From Deltaproteobacteria bacterium (GTDB lineage Bacteria > Desulfobacterota_D > UBA1144 > Nemesobacterales > CSP1-2), in the NCBI GenBank assembly GCA_052390235.1, contig JBQTHB010000003.1, positions 96,001 to 160,000 of the forward strand: a stretch of 64,000 bases of DNA, given 5' to 3'. A program made the translations under genes and the position numbers. The notes under the pieces were generated by a model, which was not told the origin of the DNA, searched no databases, and saw only the letters and a program-made list of their open reading frames with translations. Positions 34,479-46,190 of this stretch are shown here, one piece after another (the first letter of the stretch is position 1; the number at the start of each line of letters is the position of its first letter).

Positions 34479-35996
34479 ATGGCAGAAATGAAAACCGAAG
34501 AGATAGGCGAGATTCTACGAAATAGAATCAAGGGGTTTGAGAGAAAAATCGAGACCGCCGAAATCGGCACGGTCATATCAGTAGGGGACGGCATCGCGCG
34601 CGCCTACGGACTCGACCAATCCATGGCGGGAGAGCTAGTGGAGTTTAAAGACGGGATAATGGGGCTCGTGCTGAACCTCGAAGAGGACAACGTCGGTATT
34701 GCCATTTTCGGCGAAGACAAGCACATCATCGAGGGCGACATCGTAAAGCGCACCGGGCGCATCGCAGAAGTCCCCGTTGGGGAAAATATGAAGGGCAGGG
34801 TCGTAAACTCTCTCGGCCAGCCCATTGATGGCAAGGGCGAGATTCAGACAAGCGAGTCCCGACGGATTGAGGTAAAAGCCCCCGGCGTTGTCTATCGCCA
34901 GCCCGTGCGAGAGCCGCTTCAGACCGGCATCAAGGCGATTGACGCCATGATTCCCATAGGCAGAGGGCAGAGAGAGCTAATCCTCGGAGACCGCCAGACG
35001 GGAAAAACGGCCATCGCAATTGATACCATCATCAACCAAAAGGGGCAGGATGTCTATTGCATCTATGTCGCCATAGGGCAGAAGCAGTCAACCGTTGCCC
35101 AGGTGGTAGAGAAGCTCAAAGAGTTCGGCGCCATGGAATATACGACAGTCGTCGCCGCAACCGCAAGCGACCCCGCGCCATTTCAGTTCATCGCCCCATA
35201 TGCGGGCTGCGCGCTGGGAGAGTATTTCCGCGATACCAAACGCCACGCCCTCGTGATTTACGATGACCTCACAAAACACGCATGGGCATACCGGCAGCTA
35301 TCGCTACTGCTCCGCCGCCCGCCGGGACGCGAAGCCTATCCCGGAGACGTTTTCTACCTACACTCCAGACTCCTCGAGCGCGCCGCCAAGATGAGAGACG
35401 AAGACGGAGCAGGCTCGCTTACGGCTCTGCCCATCATCGAAACGCAAGCCGGAGACGTATCGGCTTACATTCCGACTAACGTAATCTCCATTACGGACGG
35501 GCAGATTTACCTCGAAGGCGACCTCTTCTACGCGGGCGTGAGACCGGCTATTAACGTTGGTCTATCGGTTTCGCGCGTGGGAGGCTCGGCTCAAATCCGC
35601 GCAATGAAGAGAGTGGCAGGAAGGCTCAGGCTCGACCTCGCTCAGTATAGAGAAGTCGAGGCGTTCTCGCAGTTCGCATCCGACCTCGATAAAATCACTC
35701 AATCTCAGCTTGCGAGGGGGAGCAGGCTCGTCGAGGCGCTCAAGCAGGGGCAGTATCAGCCCCTTCAAGTGGAGCGGCAGATTCTCCTAATTTATGCGGT
35801 TACGAACGGCTACGTTGACAGATACCCGATAGAAGCCGTGAGAAAGTACGAACAGGAGCTTTATCTGTTCTTCCAGTCCACGCACTCGGCAATACTGGAT
35901 GAAATCAGGACGAAAAGAGACATATCCGCAGACATCGAGAAAAAAATAAAGCAGGCCCTCGAAGACCTGGGCAAAAAACTCGGAGATTTAAACTAA
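34479..35996 (+). CDS. atpA: ATP synthase F1 subunit alpha
   Basis: [38 protein letters not shown]. Confidence 0.99.
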   Translation: MAEMKTEEIGEILRNRIKGFERKIETAEIGTVISVGDGIARAYGLDQSMAGELVEFKDGIMGLVLNLEEDNVGIAIFGEDKHIIEGDIVKRTGRIAEVPVGENMKGRVVNSLGQPIDGKGEIQTSESRRIEVKAPGVVYRQPVREPLQTGIKAIDAMIPIGRGQRELILGDRQTGKTAIAIDTIINQKGQDVYCIYVAIGQKQSTVAQVVEKLKEFGAMEYTTVVAATASDPAPFQFIAPYAGCALGEYFRDTKRHALVIYDDLTKHAWAYRQLSLLLRRPPGREAYPGDVFYLHSRLLERAAKMRDEDGAGSLTALPIIETQAGDVSAYIPTNVISITDGQIYLEGDLFYAGVRPAINVGLSVSRVGGSAQIRAMKRVAGRLRLDLAQYREVEAFSQFASDLDKITQSQLARGSRLVEALKQGQYQPLQVERQILLIYAVTNGYVDRYPIEAVRKYEQELYLFFQSTHSAILDEIRTKRDISADIEKKIKQALEDLGKKLGDLN

Positions 35997-36035
35997 AACC
36001 GCATTTCGAGCTGAAACTATAATCACGGTGAACCG

Positions 36036-36944
36036 ATGCCAAGTTTAAGACAAATCAGAAGCAAAATAACCAGCGCCAAAGGCACAAAGCGAATAATGAG
36101 CGCCATGAAGCTCATATCCGCCGTAAAACTGCAGCGCGCCCAAGGGCTTCTCCTCGCCATGCGCCCCTATTCAGACGCATATCAGGAAATTGCCAAGAAC
36201 ATAGCCCTAAGATGCGATGCGGAATCGCACCCGCTCCTTCGCCGCCCATTGGAGAGGAAGAGGCTGCATCTGGTGTTTATGACCTCTGACAGGGGGCTTT
36301 GCGGGAGTTTCAACAGCGGGCTAATAAGAAAAATTGAGAATTACATCGTGCAGGAAGCAGGGCATTTCCCCGAAATCACGTTCAGCTTCATAGGCAGGCG
36401 CGGGAGGGACTACTTCTCAAGGCGCAAACCGGCGAGCGGACAAAGGGGCGACCTCAAAACCGGGAAGAGCTTTACGGGGGTTACCGAGCGGAATTTCTCG
36501 CACACCTCAGGGGAGCTTGCCGCCGACCTAGCCAGGGAATTTAGCCGCGGCGAGTGCGATGAAATTGTCTTGGTCTATAACAGGTTTAAATCTGCTATTT
36601 CCCAGTTCATCACATTCGAGCGGGTGCTACCCATTGAGCCGGACGCGGCGGGGGCGGCGGATGCCTCTTTGGTGGATTACATCTACGAGCCGGGCAGGAG
36701 AGAGGTTATAGATGCGGTTCTGCCCAAGTACATTGAGGCGCGTATTGACCGGGCGGTGCTTGAATCCGTTACGAGCGAACACGGGGCGCGTATGACCGCG
36801 ATGGAAAACGCGACAAAAAACGCTCAGGACATAATTAAGCGGCTCACACTGGTATTTAATAAAACGAGGCAGGCGATAATTACCAAAGAGCTGATGGACA
36901 TAGTGAACGGAACCGAGTCCATGAAGAAAAGCGATATGGTATAG
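36036..36944 (+). CDS. atpG: ATP synthase F1 subunit gamma
   Basis: TSDRGLCGSFN, SEHGARMTAMENAT, RQAIITKEL. Confidence 0.97.
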   Translation: MPSLRQIRSKITSAKGTKRIMSAMKLISAVKLQRAQGLLLAMRPYSDAYQEIAKNIALRCDAESHPLLRRPLERKRLHLVFMTSDRGLCGSFNSGLIRKIENYIVQEAGHFPEITFSFIGRRGRDYFSRRKPASGQRGDLKTGKSFTGVTERNFSHTSGELAADLAREFSRGECDEIVLVYNRFKSAISQFITFERVLPIEPDAAGAADASLVDYIYEPGRREVIDAVLPKYIEARIDRAVLESVTSEHGARMTAMENATKNAQDIIKRLTLVFNKTRQAIITKELMDIVNGTESMKKSDMV

Positions 36945-37016
36945 CGGATAAACTGCCTATGGCAGCGATTGGGAAGGAGATTAGGCAATTCCGGTATTTT
37001 TAAACAGGAGGAATAG

Positions 37017-38450
<1,434 letters not shown>

Positions 38451-38546
38451 ATCCGCGCGGGGGTATAGGTGTAGGGAAGAGAGAATATCCCCCTACCCAC
38501 CCCTCTGCCCGCCGGCTCATGATTGGAGCTTCAAGGAGATATAAAA

Positions 38547-38942
38547 TTGGCTGAGAGATTACAACTTCAAGTGATAACCCCCACGAGGCTTGCGGTCAGC
38601 GAAGAGGTGGACGAGGTCGCGGCCCCAGGAGAGCTGGGCGAGTTTGGCGTGCTTGCCGGACACACCCCATTTATAACTATTCTTGCGCCTGGGGAGCTGC
38701 GATATAAAAAGGCAAACGCCGAGACGAAACTGCTAATTTGGGGAGGGGTCGCCGAGGTCAGAGACGACAAGGTCAGCGTTATAACGGACAGCGTCGAGAA
38801 CATCGGAGATATAAACAGGCAGGCCGCGCGCGCGGAAGCCGAACGCCTGGAGCAGAAGCTAAGGGATTTTACGGGCAGCGACAGGGAGCTCAAAGAACTA
38901 AATAGAAGCCTGAAAATCGCCCAACTCCGGGCCGGGATTTAG
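38547..38942 (+). CDS. atpC: ATP synthase F1 subunit epsilon
   Basis: VITPTR, PGELGEFGVLAGHTP; TTG start after AAGGAG. Confidence 0.93.
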   Translation: MAERLQLQVITPTRLAVSEEVDEVAAPGELGEFGVLAGHTPFITILAPGELRYKKANAETKLLIWGGVAEVRDDKVSVITDSVENIGDINRQAARAEAERLEQKLRDFTGSDRELKELNRSLKIAQLRAGI

Positions 38943-38943
38943 C

Positions 38944-39234
38944 ATGAGTCCCATAACCGTAAAAGAGCGCGTCTATAATGTTCTATTTGAGCCCATTAGC
39001 GGCGGATACAGAATTACCGCGCCCGCCTTTACCGACCTAGAAATTGAGTGCCAGTGCCAGTCCCTCGAAGAAGGCAGAGAGATAGCCCGCTACGCCCTGA
39101 AGGAGTACATCGGCATCCTGACTAAGCACCATCAGCCGATACCCAATAATGACGACTCCAGCCCGCAGGAGATGATAAAATCCGGCTTCAGCGAGCGCAT
39201 CGGGGTCTATCTATTCACCGAATCCCAAGAGTAA
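38944..39234 (+). CDS. HicB-like (RNase H-like fold) antitoxin-family protein
   Basis: YNVLFEPISGGYRITAPAF...QSLEEGREIARYALKEYI pattern. Confidence 0.65.
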   Translation: MSPITVKERVYNVLFEPISGGYRITAPAFTDLEIECQCQSLEEGREIARYALKEYIGILTKHHQPIPNNDDSSPQEMIKSGFSERIGVYLFTESQE

Positions 39235-39382
39235 AGCCCCCGCCAAGCACCGTAAATTAAAATTTATGGACTATTCAGACGCATCGCGGCGAGTCCCCAG
39301 CTAATAAACTCAGCCGAGATATTCGGGACAACCAGCAGGGGGGGAAAGTCAAATCAATGGGAAATCCGTGGTAGCGGCAAGC

Positions 39383-40720
39383 TCAATCGGCTTCGTAGTA
39401 ATCCATGCCGAGGTGAGTGATGAGGTCTTCGCCGTTTAGGTATCGGAGCGTGTTCTTCAGTTTCATGAGCTGAATAAAAAGGTCGTGTTCTGGATATAGC
39501 CCTTCGCCGTGCATCGGGCTTTTAAAGTAGAATGAGAGCCACTCCTGAATGCCCGCCAGCCCAGCCCTTCCCGCCAAATCGAGAAATATTGCCAAATCCA
39601 GCACTATAGGGGCGGCAAGGATACTGTCGCGGCAGAGGAAATTAATCTTAATCTGCATCGGATACCCAAGCCAGCCAAATATATCAATATTATCCCAAGC
39701 CTCTTTGGCATCGCCCCTTGGGGGGTAGTAATTGATTCGCACCTTGTGGTAGTAATCGGCGTAAAGCTCAGGGTAGAGTTCGGGCTGAAGAATATATTCA
39801 AGCACGCTGAGCTTGCTCTCTTCCTTGGTTTTGAACGACTCCGGGTCATCTAGCACCTCGCCGTCCCTATTTCCGAGGATGTTCGTTGAGAACCAGCCGT
39901 TAAGCCCTATCATTCTAGCCTTAAGCCCCGGAGCTAGAATCGTTTTCATGAGAGTCTGCCCGGTCTTAAAATCCTTTCCCGCAACAGGAACCCTCTTTTG
40001 CTTTGCAAGCTCCACGAGAGCCGGAATGTCAGCGGAGAGGTTCGGGGCTCCGTTCGCATAGGGAATTCCGCACTGAACGGCGGCGTAGGCATAAATCATG
40101 CTCGGCGCGATGGCGGGGTGATTATTTTTGAGCCCCTCTTCAAAGCTCTCGACGGTTGCGTGAACCTCTGAGCGTTTAATAAATATCTCGGTACTCCCGC
40201 ACCAGACCATAACTAGGCGGTCAAGCTCGTTTTCTTTTTTGAACCTGTGGATGTCCTCGATGACCTGCTCGGCGAGGAGCATTTTGTTGGCGGCGGTTTT
40301 TTTATATGTGCCGGCTAGGTTTTTAACATATTCCCTGTCGAACACGGCGGGCATAGGGCTAGTCTGCATGAGCGCGGGTTTTAGCTCGTCTAGCAGGGAT
40401 TTTTCAAGCACACCGGCTTTTATTGCCGCGTCGTAGCAATTGTCGGGGTAAATGTCCCATCCGCCGAATATCATATCCTTGGTTTCTGCAAGGGGGATGA
40501 AATCCTTTATAAGGGGAGAGCGCTTATCGGTGCGTTTGCCGAGCCTGATAGCGCCCATCTGCGTCAGCGAGCCTATGGGATTTCCAATGCCGCGGTTTAT
40601 GGCTTCAACGCCCGCCACGAATGTCGTGCTTACGGCTCCGCTTATTCCGGGGAGTAGTACACCGAGTTTTCCCTTCGGAGGCGCTATAGTGATTTTTTCT
40701 ACTCTATTTTTAGGAGACAA
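39383..40720 (-). CDS. ino1: myo-inositol-1(3)-phosphate synthase
   Basis: GKDFKTGQT, NILGNRDG, PPRGDAKEAWD, CRDSILAAP. Confidence 0.93.
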   Translation of the reverse strand: MSPKNRVEKITIAPPKGKLGVLLPGISGAVSTTFVAGVEAINRGIGNPIGSLTQMGAIRLGKRTDKRSPLIKDFIPLAETKDMIFGGWDIYPDNCYDAAIKAGVLEKSLLDELKPALMQTSPMPAVFDREYVKNLAGTYKKTAANKMLLAEQVIEDIHRFKKENELDRLVMVWCGSTEIFIKRSEVHATVESFEEGLKNNHPAIAPSMIYAYAAVQCGIPYANGAPNLSADIPALVELAKQKRVPVAGKDFKTGQTLMKTILAPGLKARMIGLNGWFSTNILGNRDGEVLDDPESFKTKEESKLSVLEYILQPELYPELYADYYHKVRINYYPPRGDAKEAWDNIDIFGWLGYPMQIKINFLCRDSILAAPIVLDLAIFLDLAGRAGLAGIQEWLSFYFKSPMHGEGLYPEHDLFIQLMKLKNTLRYLNGEDLITHLGMDYYEAD

Positions 40721-40728
40721 GAGAAATG

Positions 40729-41121
40729 CTACCTCTTTGAGAACTGCTGTCCGCGTCTGGCTTTTCTCTTTCCGTATTTTTTGCTCTCGACCATTCTCGA
40801 GTCTCTCGTGAGGAGTCCGGCAACTTTGAGGGATTTTTTATATCCCTCGCTGAGGGTTACAAGCGCCCTTGCGAGACCGTGCCGAATCGCTCCGGCCTGC
40901 CCCGTTAGCCCGCCCCCGAATACGTCCACCATAACGTCGAGTTTATCAGCGGTCTGCGTAACCTCAAGCGGCTCAAATGCGTGTATCCGCCAAGTCTCAC
41001 GCGGAAGGTAGGCTTCGGCGGCACTGTCGTTTATCGAAATTTTCCCTGACCCGTAGCGCACCCAAACACGAGCGGTGGAGGTTTTTCTTCTTCCTGTTCC
41101 GTAGTAAGTAGTGTCACCCAT
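40729..41121 (-). CDS. rpsI: 30S ribosomal protein S9
   Basis: GTGRRKTSTARV, GGGLTGQAGAIRHG, QFSKR. Confidence 0.99.
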   Translation of the reverse strand: MGDTTYYGTGRRKTSTARVWVRYGSGKISINDSAAEAYLPRETWRIHAFEPLEVTQTADKLDVMVDVFGGGLTGQAGAIRHGLARALVTLSEGYKKSLKVAGLLTRDSRMVESKKYGKRKARRGQQFSKR

Positions 41122-41126
41122 TTCTA

Positions 41127-41561
41127 TTATACGACCTCCAAAGTTTGAGGCGTCTGCGCCTCGTGGGGGTGTTTATTGCCCGAATAAACTTTTAATCTAC
41201 TAATTAACCTATCCTGCCACTTGGTTTTAGGAAGCATTCCCCAGACGGCTTTTTCCAGTATCTCCTCAGGTTTTTCCTTCAGGAGCTTCTCGGCGGTTAT
41301 GGATTTTAGCCCACCGGGATAGGGGGTGTGCCAGTAATAGCTCTTTTGGGTCAATTTTTTGCCCGTGAATCGGACTTTTTCGGCGTTTATTACTATAACG
41401 AAATCGCCTATGTCCGCGTGAGGGGTAAATTGGGGTTTGTCCTTGCCCCTGAGGATCTTGGCGATTTTCGTCGCTATCCGCCCTACGGTTTTATTCTCGG
41501 CATCAATCAGATACCATTTTTTCTCGAAATCTTCGCTTCTTGCCATAAATGTATTTTGCAT
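41127..41561 (-). CDS. rplM: 50S ribosomal protein L13
   Basis: WYLIDA, LRGKDKPQFTPHADIGD, GMLPK, HPHEAQ. Confidence 0.99.
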   Translation of the reverse strand: MQNTFMARSEDFEKKWYLIDAENKTVGRIATKIAKILRGKDKPQFTPHADIGDFVIVINAEKVRFTGKKLTQKSYYWHTPYPGGLKSITAEKLLKEKPEEILEKAVWGMLPKTKWQDRLISRLKVYSGNKHPHEAQTPQTLEVV

Positions 41562-41592
41562 CGCACCAGTCCCCAAATTAATCAGGTTAGCT

Positions 41593-41620
41593 ATTCTACC
41601 AAATAGAACTTTGTTGTCAA
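41593..41620 (-). promoter_or_regulatory. Sigma70 promoter for rplM-rpsI(-ino1)
   Basis: Minus strand TTGACA-16 bp-TAGAAT with a TGn extension. Confidence 0.55.
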
Positions 41621-41643
41621 GAGAAACCCCGCGCCTTATCTTG

Positions 41644-43437
41644 TTAGGTCTTGAGGACGGCTAAAAACGCCTCTTGAGGGATTTCGATGCTCCCCACCTG
41701 CTTGAGCCTCTTTTTGCCCTCTTTCTGCTTTTCGAGGAGTTTGCGCTTTCTCGTGATGTCCCCGCCGTAGCACTTTGCCGTAACGTCTTTTCTCACGGCT
41801 TTGACGCTCTCGCGGGCGATGACACGGTTTCCGATAGCGGCTTGTATGGCGACCTCGTATAACTGTCTCGGGATTAGGGCGCGCAGTTTCTCGACCAGTT
41901 CCCTGCCCCTGTCATAGGACTTGTCCTTGTGGACGATGATTGACAGCGCGTCAACGGAGTCGCCGTTTATAAGCACGTCGAGTTTTATCAGGTCCGAGGC
42001 TCTATAGCCTATAAGTTCGTAGTCCATTGAGGCGTACCCGCGCGAGACGGATTTGAGCTTATCAAAGAAATCAAACATTATCTCGGACAGCGGAAGCTCG
42101 TACTCGACTATTATCCTCTCCTGCGTGATGTATCTGATATTTTTCTGCTTCCCCCGCCTCTTCTCGCAGAGGTCAAAAATCCCTCCTAAATAGGAGCTTG
42201 GGGTGTGAATCATCACCAGCACGTAAGGCTCTTCGATAACGTCAATTTTATCGGGCGTAGGGAGTTTGCTGGGGTTATCCACCATTATGACCTCTTTTCG
42301 CGTATCAGTAACGCGGTAGATAACCGTAGGCGCGGTGGAAATCAGCTCAAGCTGAAATTCCCGCTCAAGCCTCTCGCGCACGATTTCCATGTGCAAGAGT
42401 CCCAAAAATCCGCACCGGAAGCCGAATCCGAGAGCCAGAGACGTTTCCGGCTCATAGACAAATGCCGAGTCGTTGAGGCGGAATTTCTCAAGGGCGTCCC
42501 GGAGCTTTTCGTAATCGTTGGGGTCTATCGGGTATAGACCGCTGAACACCATAGGCTTCATCACCCTAAACCCCGATAGAGGCGCGGCGGCGGGTCTTAT
42601 TGCCTCTGTGATGGTGTCGCCCACCTTCGCCTCGCTAATCTCCCTTATTGAAGCGGCGACAAATCCGACCTCCCCCGCTGAGAGTTCGGTAACTTCAATT
42701 GCCTTGGGGGAGAAAATGCCGAGCTTTTTGACCTCGTAGGTCTTTCCAGTAGCCATAAGCTGAATCTTCATGCCCGTCCTAATCCTCCCCTCAAATACAC
42801 GGGCAAGCATCATCGCGCCGAGATAGGAATCAAACCAACTGTCGAAAACAAGCGCCACCAGCGGGGAGTCCGCATTTCCTTTAGGCGGGGGGATTTTGCG
42901 CACTACGGATTCAAGAATCTCCTTTGTGCCTATGCCCTCCTTGGCGCTGGCAAGCACGGCGTCGTCCGCCCCGATGCCTATGACCTCTTCGACCTCTTTT
43001 TTGACCCTGTCCGGGTCTGCCGAGGGGAGGTCAATTTTATTTATCACGGGAATGAGTTCAAGCCCTGAGTCGGCGGCAAGATAGGCGTGGGCGACGGTTT
43101 GAGCCTCCACCCCTTGGGACGCGTCAACGACGAGCAAAGCCCCCTCGCAGGCTTGAAGGCTTCGGGAGACCTCGTAGCTGAAATCCACGTGGCCGGGGGT
43201 GTCAATTAAATTAAATTGATAGCGCTCTCCGTCGTCGGCGAGGTAATTCACCCTCACGGCTTGGGCTTTAATGGTGATGCCCCTCTCGCGCTCTAAATCC
43301 ATCTGGTCTAGGAACTGTTCGGTCATATCGCGGTCCTTGACCGTGCCAGTGAACTGGAGGAGTCTATCTGCTAGGGTGGATTTGCCGTGGTCAACGTGGG
43401 CGATGATAGAGAAATTTCTTATATTCTTGGTTTGCAT
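41644..43437 (-). CDS. lepA: Elongation factor 4 (LepA)
   Basis: [46 protein letters not shown]. Confidence 0.99.
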   Translation of the reverse strand: MQTKNIRNFSIIAHVDHGKSTLADRLLQFTGTVKDRDMTEQFLDQMDLERERGITIKAQAVRVNYLADDGERYQFNLIDTPGHVDFSYEVSRSLQACEGALLVVDASQGVEAQTVAHAYLAADSGLELIPVINKIDLPSADPDRVKKEVEEVIGIGADDAVLASAKEGIGTKEILESVVRKIPPPKGNADSPLVALVFDSWFDSYLGAMMLARVFEGRIRTGMKIQLMATGKTYEVKKLGIFSPKAIEVTELSAGEVGFVAASIREISEAKVGDTITEAIRPAAAPLSGFRVMKPMVFSGLYPIDPNDYEKLRDALEKFRLNDSAFVYEPETSLALGFGFRCGFLGLLHMEIVRERLEREFQLELISTAPTVIYRVTDTRKEVIMVDNPSKLPTPDKIDVIEEPYVLVMIHTPSSYLGGIFDLCEKRRGKQKNIRYITQERIIVEYELPLSEIMFDFFDKLKSVSRGYASMDYELIGYRASDLIKLDVLINGDSVDALSIIVHKDKSYDRGRELVEKLRALIPRQLYEVAIQAAIGNRVIARESVKAVRKDVTAKCYGGDITRKRKLLEKQKEGKKRLKQVGSIEIPQEAFLAVLKT

Positions 43438-43579
43438 AAAGGATTAAACTCGTTAGGAGCGATGTTTTAAGGGGCTATGGGTAGTATATGGAAAAAGGGG
43501 GGTTAGGCAAGATTCCCGCCCGCCGCCGCTACATTGGCTAGAATGTTGGCTCGATTCACACCCCTAGCGCAAGTGCGAA

Positions 43580-44332
43580 CTATCCGCCGCCGAGGAGCGT
43601 ATCAATCTGCGTTTTGAAAGCCTCAAGGGGCTGCGCGCCGCGGATGTAGAATCCGGTCATCTCCTTGCCCTCTTCGGTTTTACCTATGAAAAAGCTCGGA
43701 GTGCCTTTAACGCCGTAGCGCTGGCCATCCTCGAAATCCGCGGTTATCTCGGCGTTGTGCCTCGGCTCATCCTTCAGGCAGGCTTCAAATTTTGCATAGT
43801 CGAGTCCCAATTCCCCTGCCGAGCCGAGGGCGGCGGCAATATCGAGCTTATCGGGGTTTTTAAAGAGAAAATCGTTGGCTTCCCAGTATTTGCCCTGCTC
43901 TCCAGCGCAGTTGGCGACAATGGCGGCGGGGCGGGCTTTTTGATGAAACGCTAGGGGATAGTCCCTGAAAACGTATCTGACCTTCCCCTTGGCTATGTAC
44001 TCGCTCTCAATGGCGGGAAGGGTCTGCTCGTGGAATTTCTTGCAGAAAGGACACTGGTACTCGCTGAATTCAATTATCGTTATTGGGGCTTTAATGTCGC
44101 CTTTCATTGGGTCGTCGTCAATGCTCACCCTGACCTGAGCGGGGGGTTGCTCGGCTCCCTTGGGCGCGCCGGGGCCCGCGGATTTTATTCTCTGCACCTC
44201 TTGAAGGGTCGATGCGGCGATTTGCTTACCGACCGCCATCTCCTTTTTAAGCGTGCGCACCTCTCTGAGAGTCCAAGCGTTAAACCCAAGGGCTACGGCG
44301 ACAAATATTAGAATCAGCGTTTCATTTTTCAT
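43580..44332 (-). CDS. DsbA-family thiol-disulfide oxidoreductase, membrane-anchored
   Basis: IIEFSEYQCPFC, RDYPLAFH, GVKGTPSFF. Confidence 0.92.
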   Translation of the reverse strand: MKNETLILIFVAVALGFNAWTLREVRTLKKEMAVGKQIAASTLQEVQRIKSAGPGAPKGAEQPPAQVRVSIDDDPMKGDIKAPITIIEFSEYQCPFCKKFHEQTLPAIESEYIAKGKVRYVFRDYPLAFHQKARPAAIVANCAGEQGKYWEANDFLFKNPDKLDIAAALGSAGELGLDYAKFEACLKDEPRHNAEITADFEDGQRYGVKGTPSFFIGKTEEGKEMTGFYIRGAQPLEAFKTQIDTLLGGG

Positions 44333-44377
44333 AGGATTAAACTGTAACTCAACGACGAAACCGGTGTCAAGGGGAAT

Positions 44378-45235
44378 TTACCCGTTTCCGCTCCCAGATG
44401 CCGCCGCGCTGGAAAGCTCCGCAATCAAGCCCGCGAGGTCGTCTTCGGACAGGCATCTCTCAATTCTCTCTAGGGATTTTCTGAACTCTGCTATGGACTC
44501 AAGCACGCGCCTCTTATTGGCGGTGAATATATCGCTCCACATCTCAGGGGAGCTTGCGGCGATTCTAGTATAGTCTCGAAGTCCGCCGCCGCCGAAATCG
44601 AGCATATTATCGGGCTTTTCCTGAGCGGCGATGGAATTGACCAGCGCGTAAGCGACGACGTGCGGCAGATGGCTCACAAAAGCGAATATCCTGTCATGAG
44701 ACTCGGCGTCCATGATTAAAACCCTAGCGCCGACAGCCTCCCAAAGCGCCGATACTTTATCGAGCGCGCCGGAGTGGGTTTGGCGGTCAGGCGTGAGAAT
44801 GCACCTCCTGTCGCAAAATAGTTTCGGATTCGCCGCCCATACCCCCGACCTCTCCGTGCCGGCTATTGGGTGTCCGCCAACGAAACGCAGATGAGGCGGG
44901 ATGAATTTGGCAATTTCTGCGACAATTCCCGATTTAACGCTTCCCACATCTGTGATTACCGCCCCTGCCGACGCCTCGGATACCACTGCCCGCGCAATTT
45001 GCGGGATAGCCCCCACGTGAGTTGCGGCGACTATAATCTCAGCCCCGCCAACGGAGGCGCGGTCAATTTTGGATGAGGCGCGGTCAACCACCCCCGCGGA
45101 GAGGGCGTATTCCAGGGCTTTGGGGTTTAAATCAACGCCCCAGACCTCTTCTGCCGCCTTCGCCTCTTTCAGCGCCGAGGCAAGCGAGCCTCCGATGAGT
45201 CCAAGTCCGACGATGGTTATTTTGGAGAAAGTCAT
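44378..45235 (-). CDS. tyrA: Prephenate/arogenate dehydrogenase
   Basis: GLGLIGGS, TDVGSVK, GGHPIAGTE, HD..FAFVSHLPH, RDYTRIA. Confidence 0.93.
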   Translation of the reverse strand: MTFSKITIVGLGLIGGSLASALKEAKAAEEVWGVDLNPKALEYALSAGVVDRASSKIDRASVGGAEIIVAATHVGAIPQIARAVVSEASAGAVITDVGSVKSGIVAEIAKFIPPHLRFVGGHPIAGTERSGVWAANPKLFCDRRCILTPDRQTHSGALDKVSALWEAVGARVLIMDAESHDRIFAFVSHLPHVVAYALVNSIAAQEKPDNMLDFGGGGLRDYTRIAASSPEMWSDIFTANKRRVLESIAEFRKSLERIERCLSEDDLAGLIAELSSAAASGSGNG

Positions 45236-45346
45236 TTTCGGCTGTAAATGGTAGCCCAAACGAGGGCAAAAAGAAAGACTGGGCTTAGCCATGAGTTTTC
45301 ACGAATAGAGAATTTGTTCTACTGTCGGTGTATGGGACTCCGCTGG

Positions 45347-45420
45347 TTCGACTCCGCTCACCATGAAGATATAGAGTTCAATTCAATTTATTCTACCCCT
45401 TCACCCTGAGCGGAGTCGTA
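45347..45420. repeat. Inverted REP-like pair in the tyrA/dtd intergenic region
   Basis: TTCGACTCCGCTCACCATGAAG ... CTTCACCCTGAGCGGAGTCGTA; related to TTCATCCTGAGCGGAGCCGAAG at 16151. Confidence 0.75.
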
Positions 45421-45472
45421 GGACGAGCAAGGATAATCCGACGTGCATCCAAGCCGGTATAATCCACACCTA

Positions 45473-45922
45473 ATGAGAGCGGTAATTCAGCGCGTAACAG
45501 AGGCGAGAGTGGATATTGAGGGAGAGGCTACCGGGCGAATCGGCAGGGGGCTTTTAATCCTCCTCGGCGCGGGCAGGGGGGACGACGAGTCGGATGCCGA
45601 ATATTTAGCCGAGAAAATTTCATCCCTGCGGATATTTGAAGACGAGGAGGGACGGATGAATCACTCCGTTACTGATGCGGGAGGGGAGGTTCTCGTCGTA
45701 TCGCAGTTTACGCTCTACGGGGATTGCCGCAGGGGCCGCCGCCCCTCGTTCGACGCCGCTATGCCACAGGATTCAGCCGAGAATCTCTATAATCACTTTG
45801 TGGACTCAATAAGCGGCAGGGGGCTAAGGGTTGAAACTGGCAGATTTGGGGCGCAGATGCAGGTGCATCTCGTAAACTCAGGCCCTGTTACCATTCTGCT
45901 GGACAGCAAAAAGGGGTTCTAG
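45473..45922 (+). CDS. dtd: D-aminoacyl-tRNA deacylase
   Basis: [30 protein letters not shown]. Confidence 0.97.
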   Translation: MRAVIQRVTEARVDIEGEATGRIGRGLLILLGAGRGDDESDAEYLAEKISSLRIFEDEEGRMNHSVTDAGGEVLVVSQFTLYGDCRRGRRPSFDAAMPQDSAENLYNHFVDSISGRGLRVETGRFGAQMQVHLVNSGPVTILLDSKKGF

Positions 45923-45950
45923 CCGGGAATCGAATCCAATATTCTGGGGC

Positions 45951-46190
45951 TTAGAACAGGGTCAATGGTTTGGGTTTGGGTTTGGGTTTGGGTTTGGGTT
46001 TGGGTTTGGGTTTGGGTTTGGGTTTGGGTTTGGGTTTGGGTTCGGCACTGTTTTGCTCTTCTTGATTTTGCAAAAATTCCAACCGAAATTCATCTTTAAT
46101 CCGACCGTTATTCGCCAATCTATCGAGAATCATCTTAAAATAATCGGGATGAATTTCTGAAGAGACAAAATTGCGTTTGAGTTTAAATAG
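45951..46190 (-). pseudogene. Probable C-terminal remnant of an N4/N6 DNA methyltransferase, ending in a PK-repeat tail
   Basis: KLKRNFVSSEIHPDYFKMILDRL aligns by eye with SNGRKFVGFEINEKYCDLAVERI of the MTase at 54147-55010; AT-rich; no N-terminal part. Confidence 0.5.
45969..46040 (+). repeat. Perfect hexamer tandem repeat (TTTGGG)12
   Basis: Counted directly; reads as (Pro-Lys)n on the minus strand. Confidence 0.97.

Noticed and set aside
38458..38505. G-rich/C-rich hairpin between atpD and atpC as a terminator
   Set aside because: Imperfect stem and no U-tract; at most an mRNA stability element
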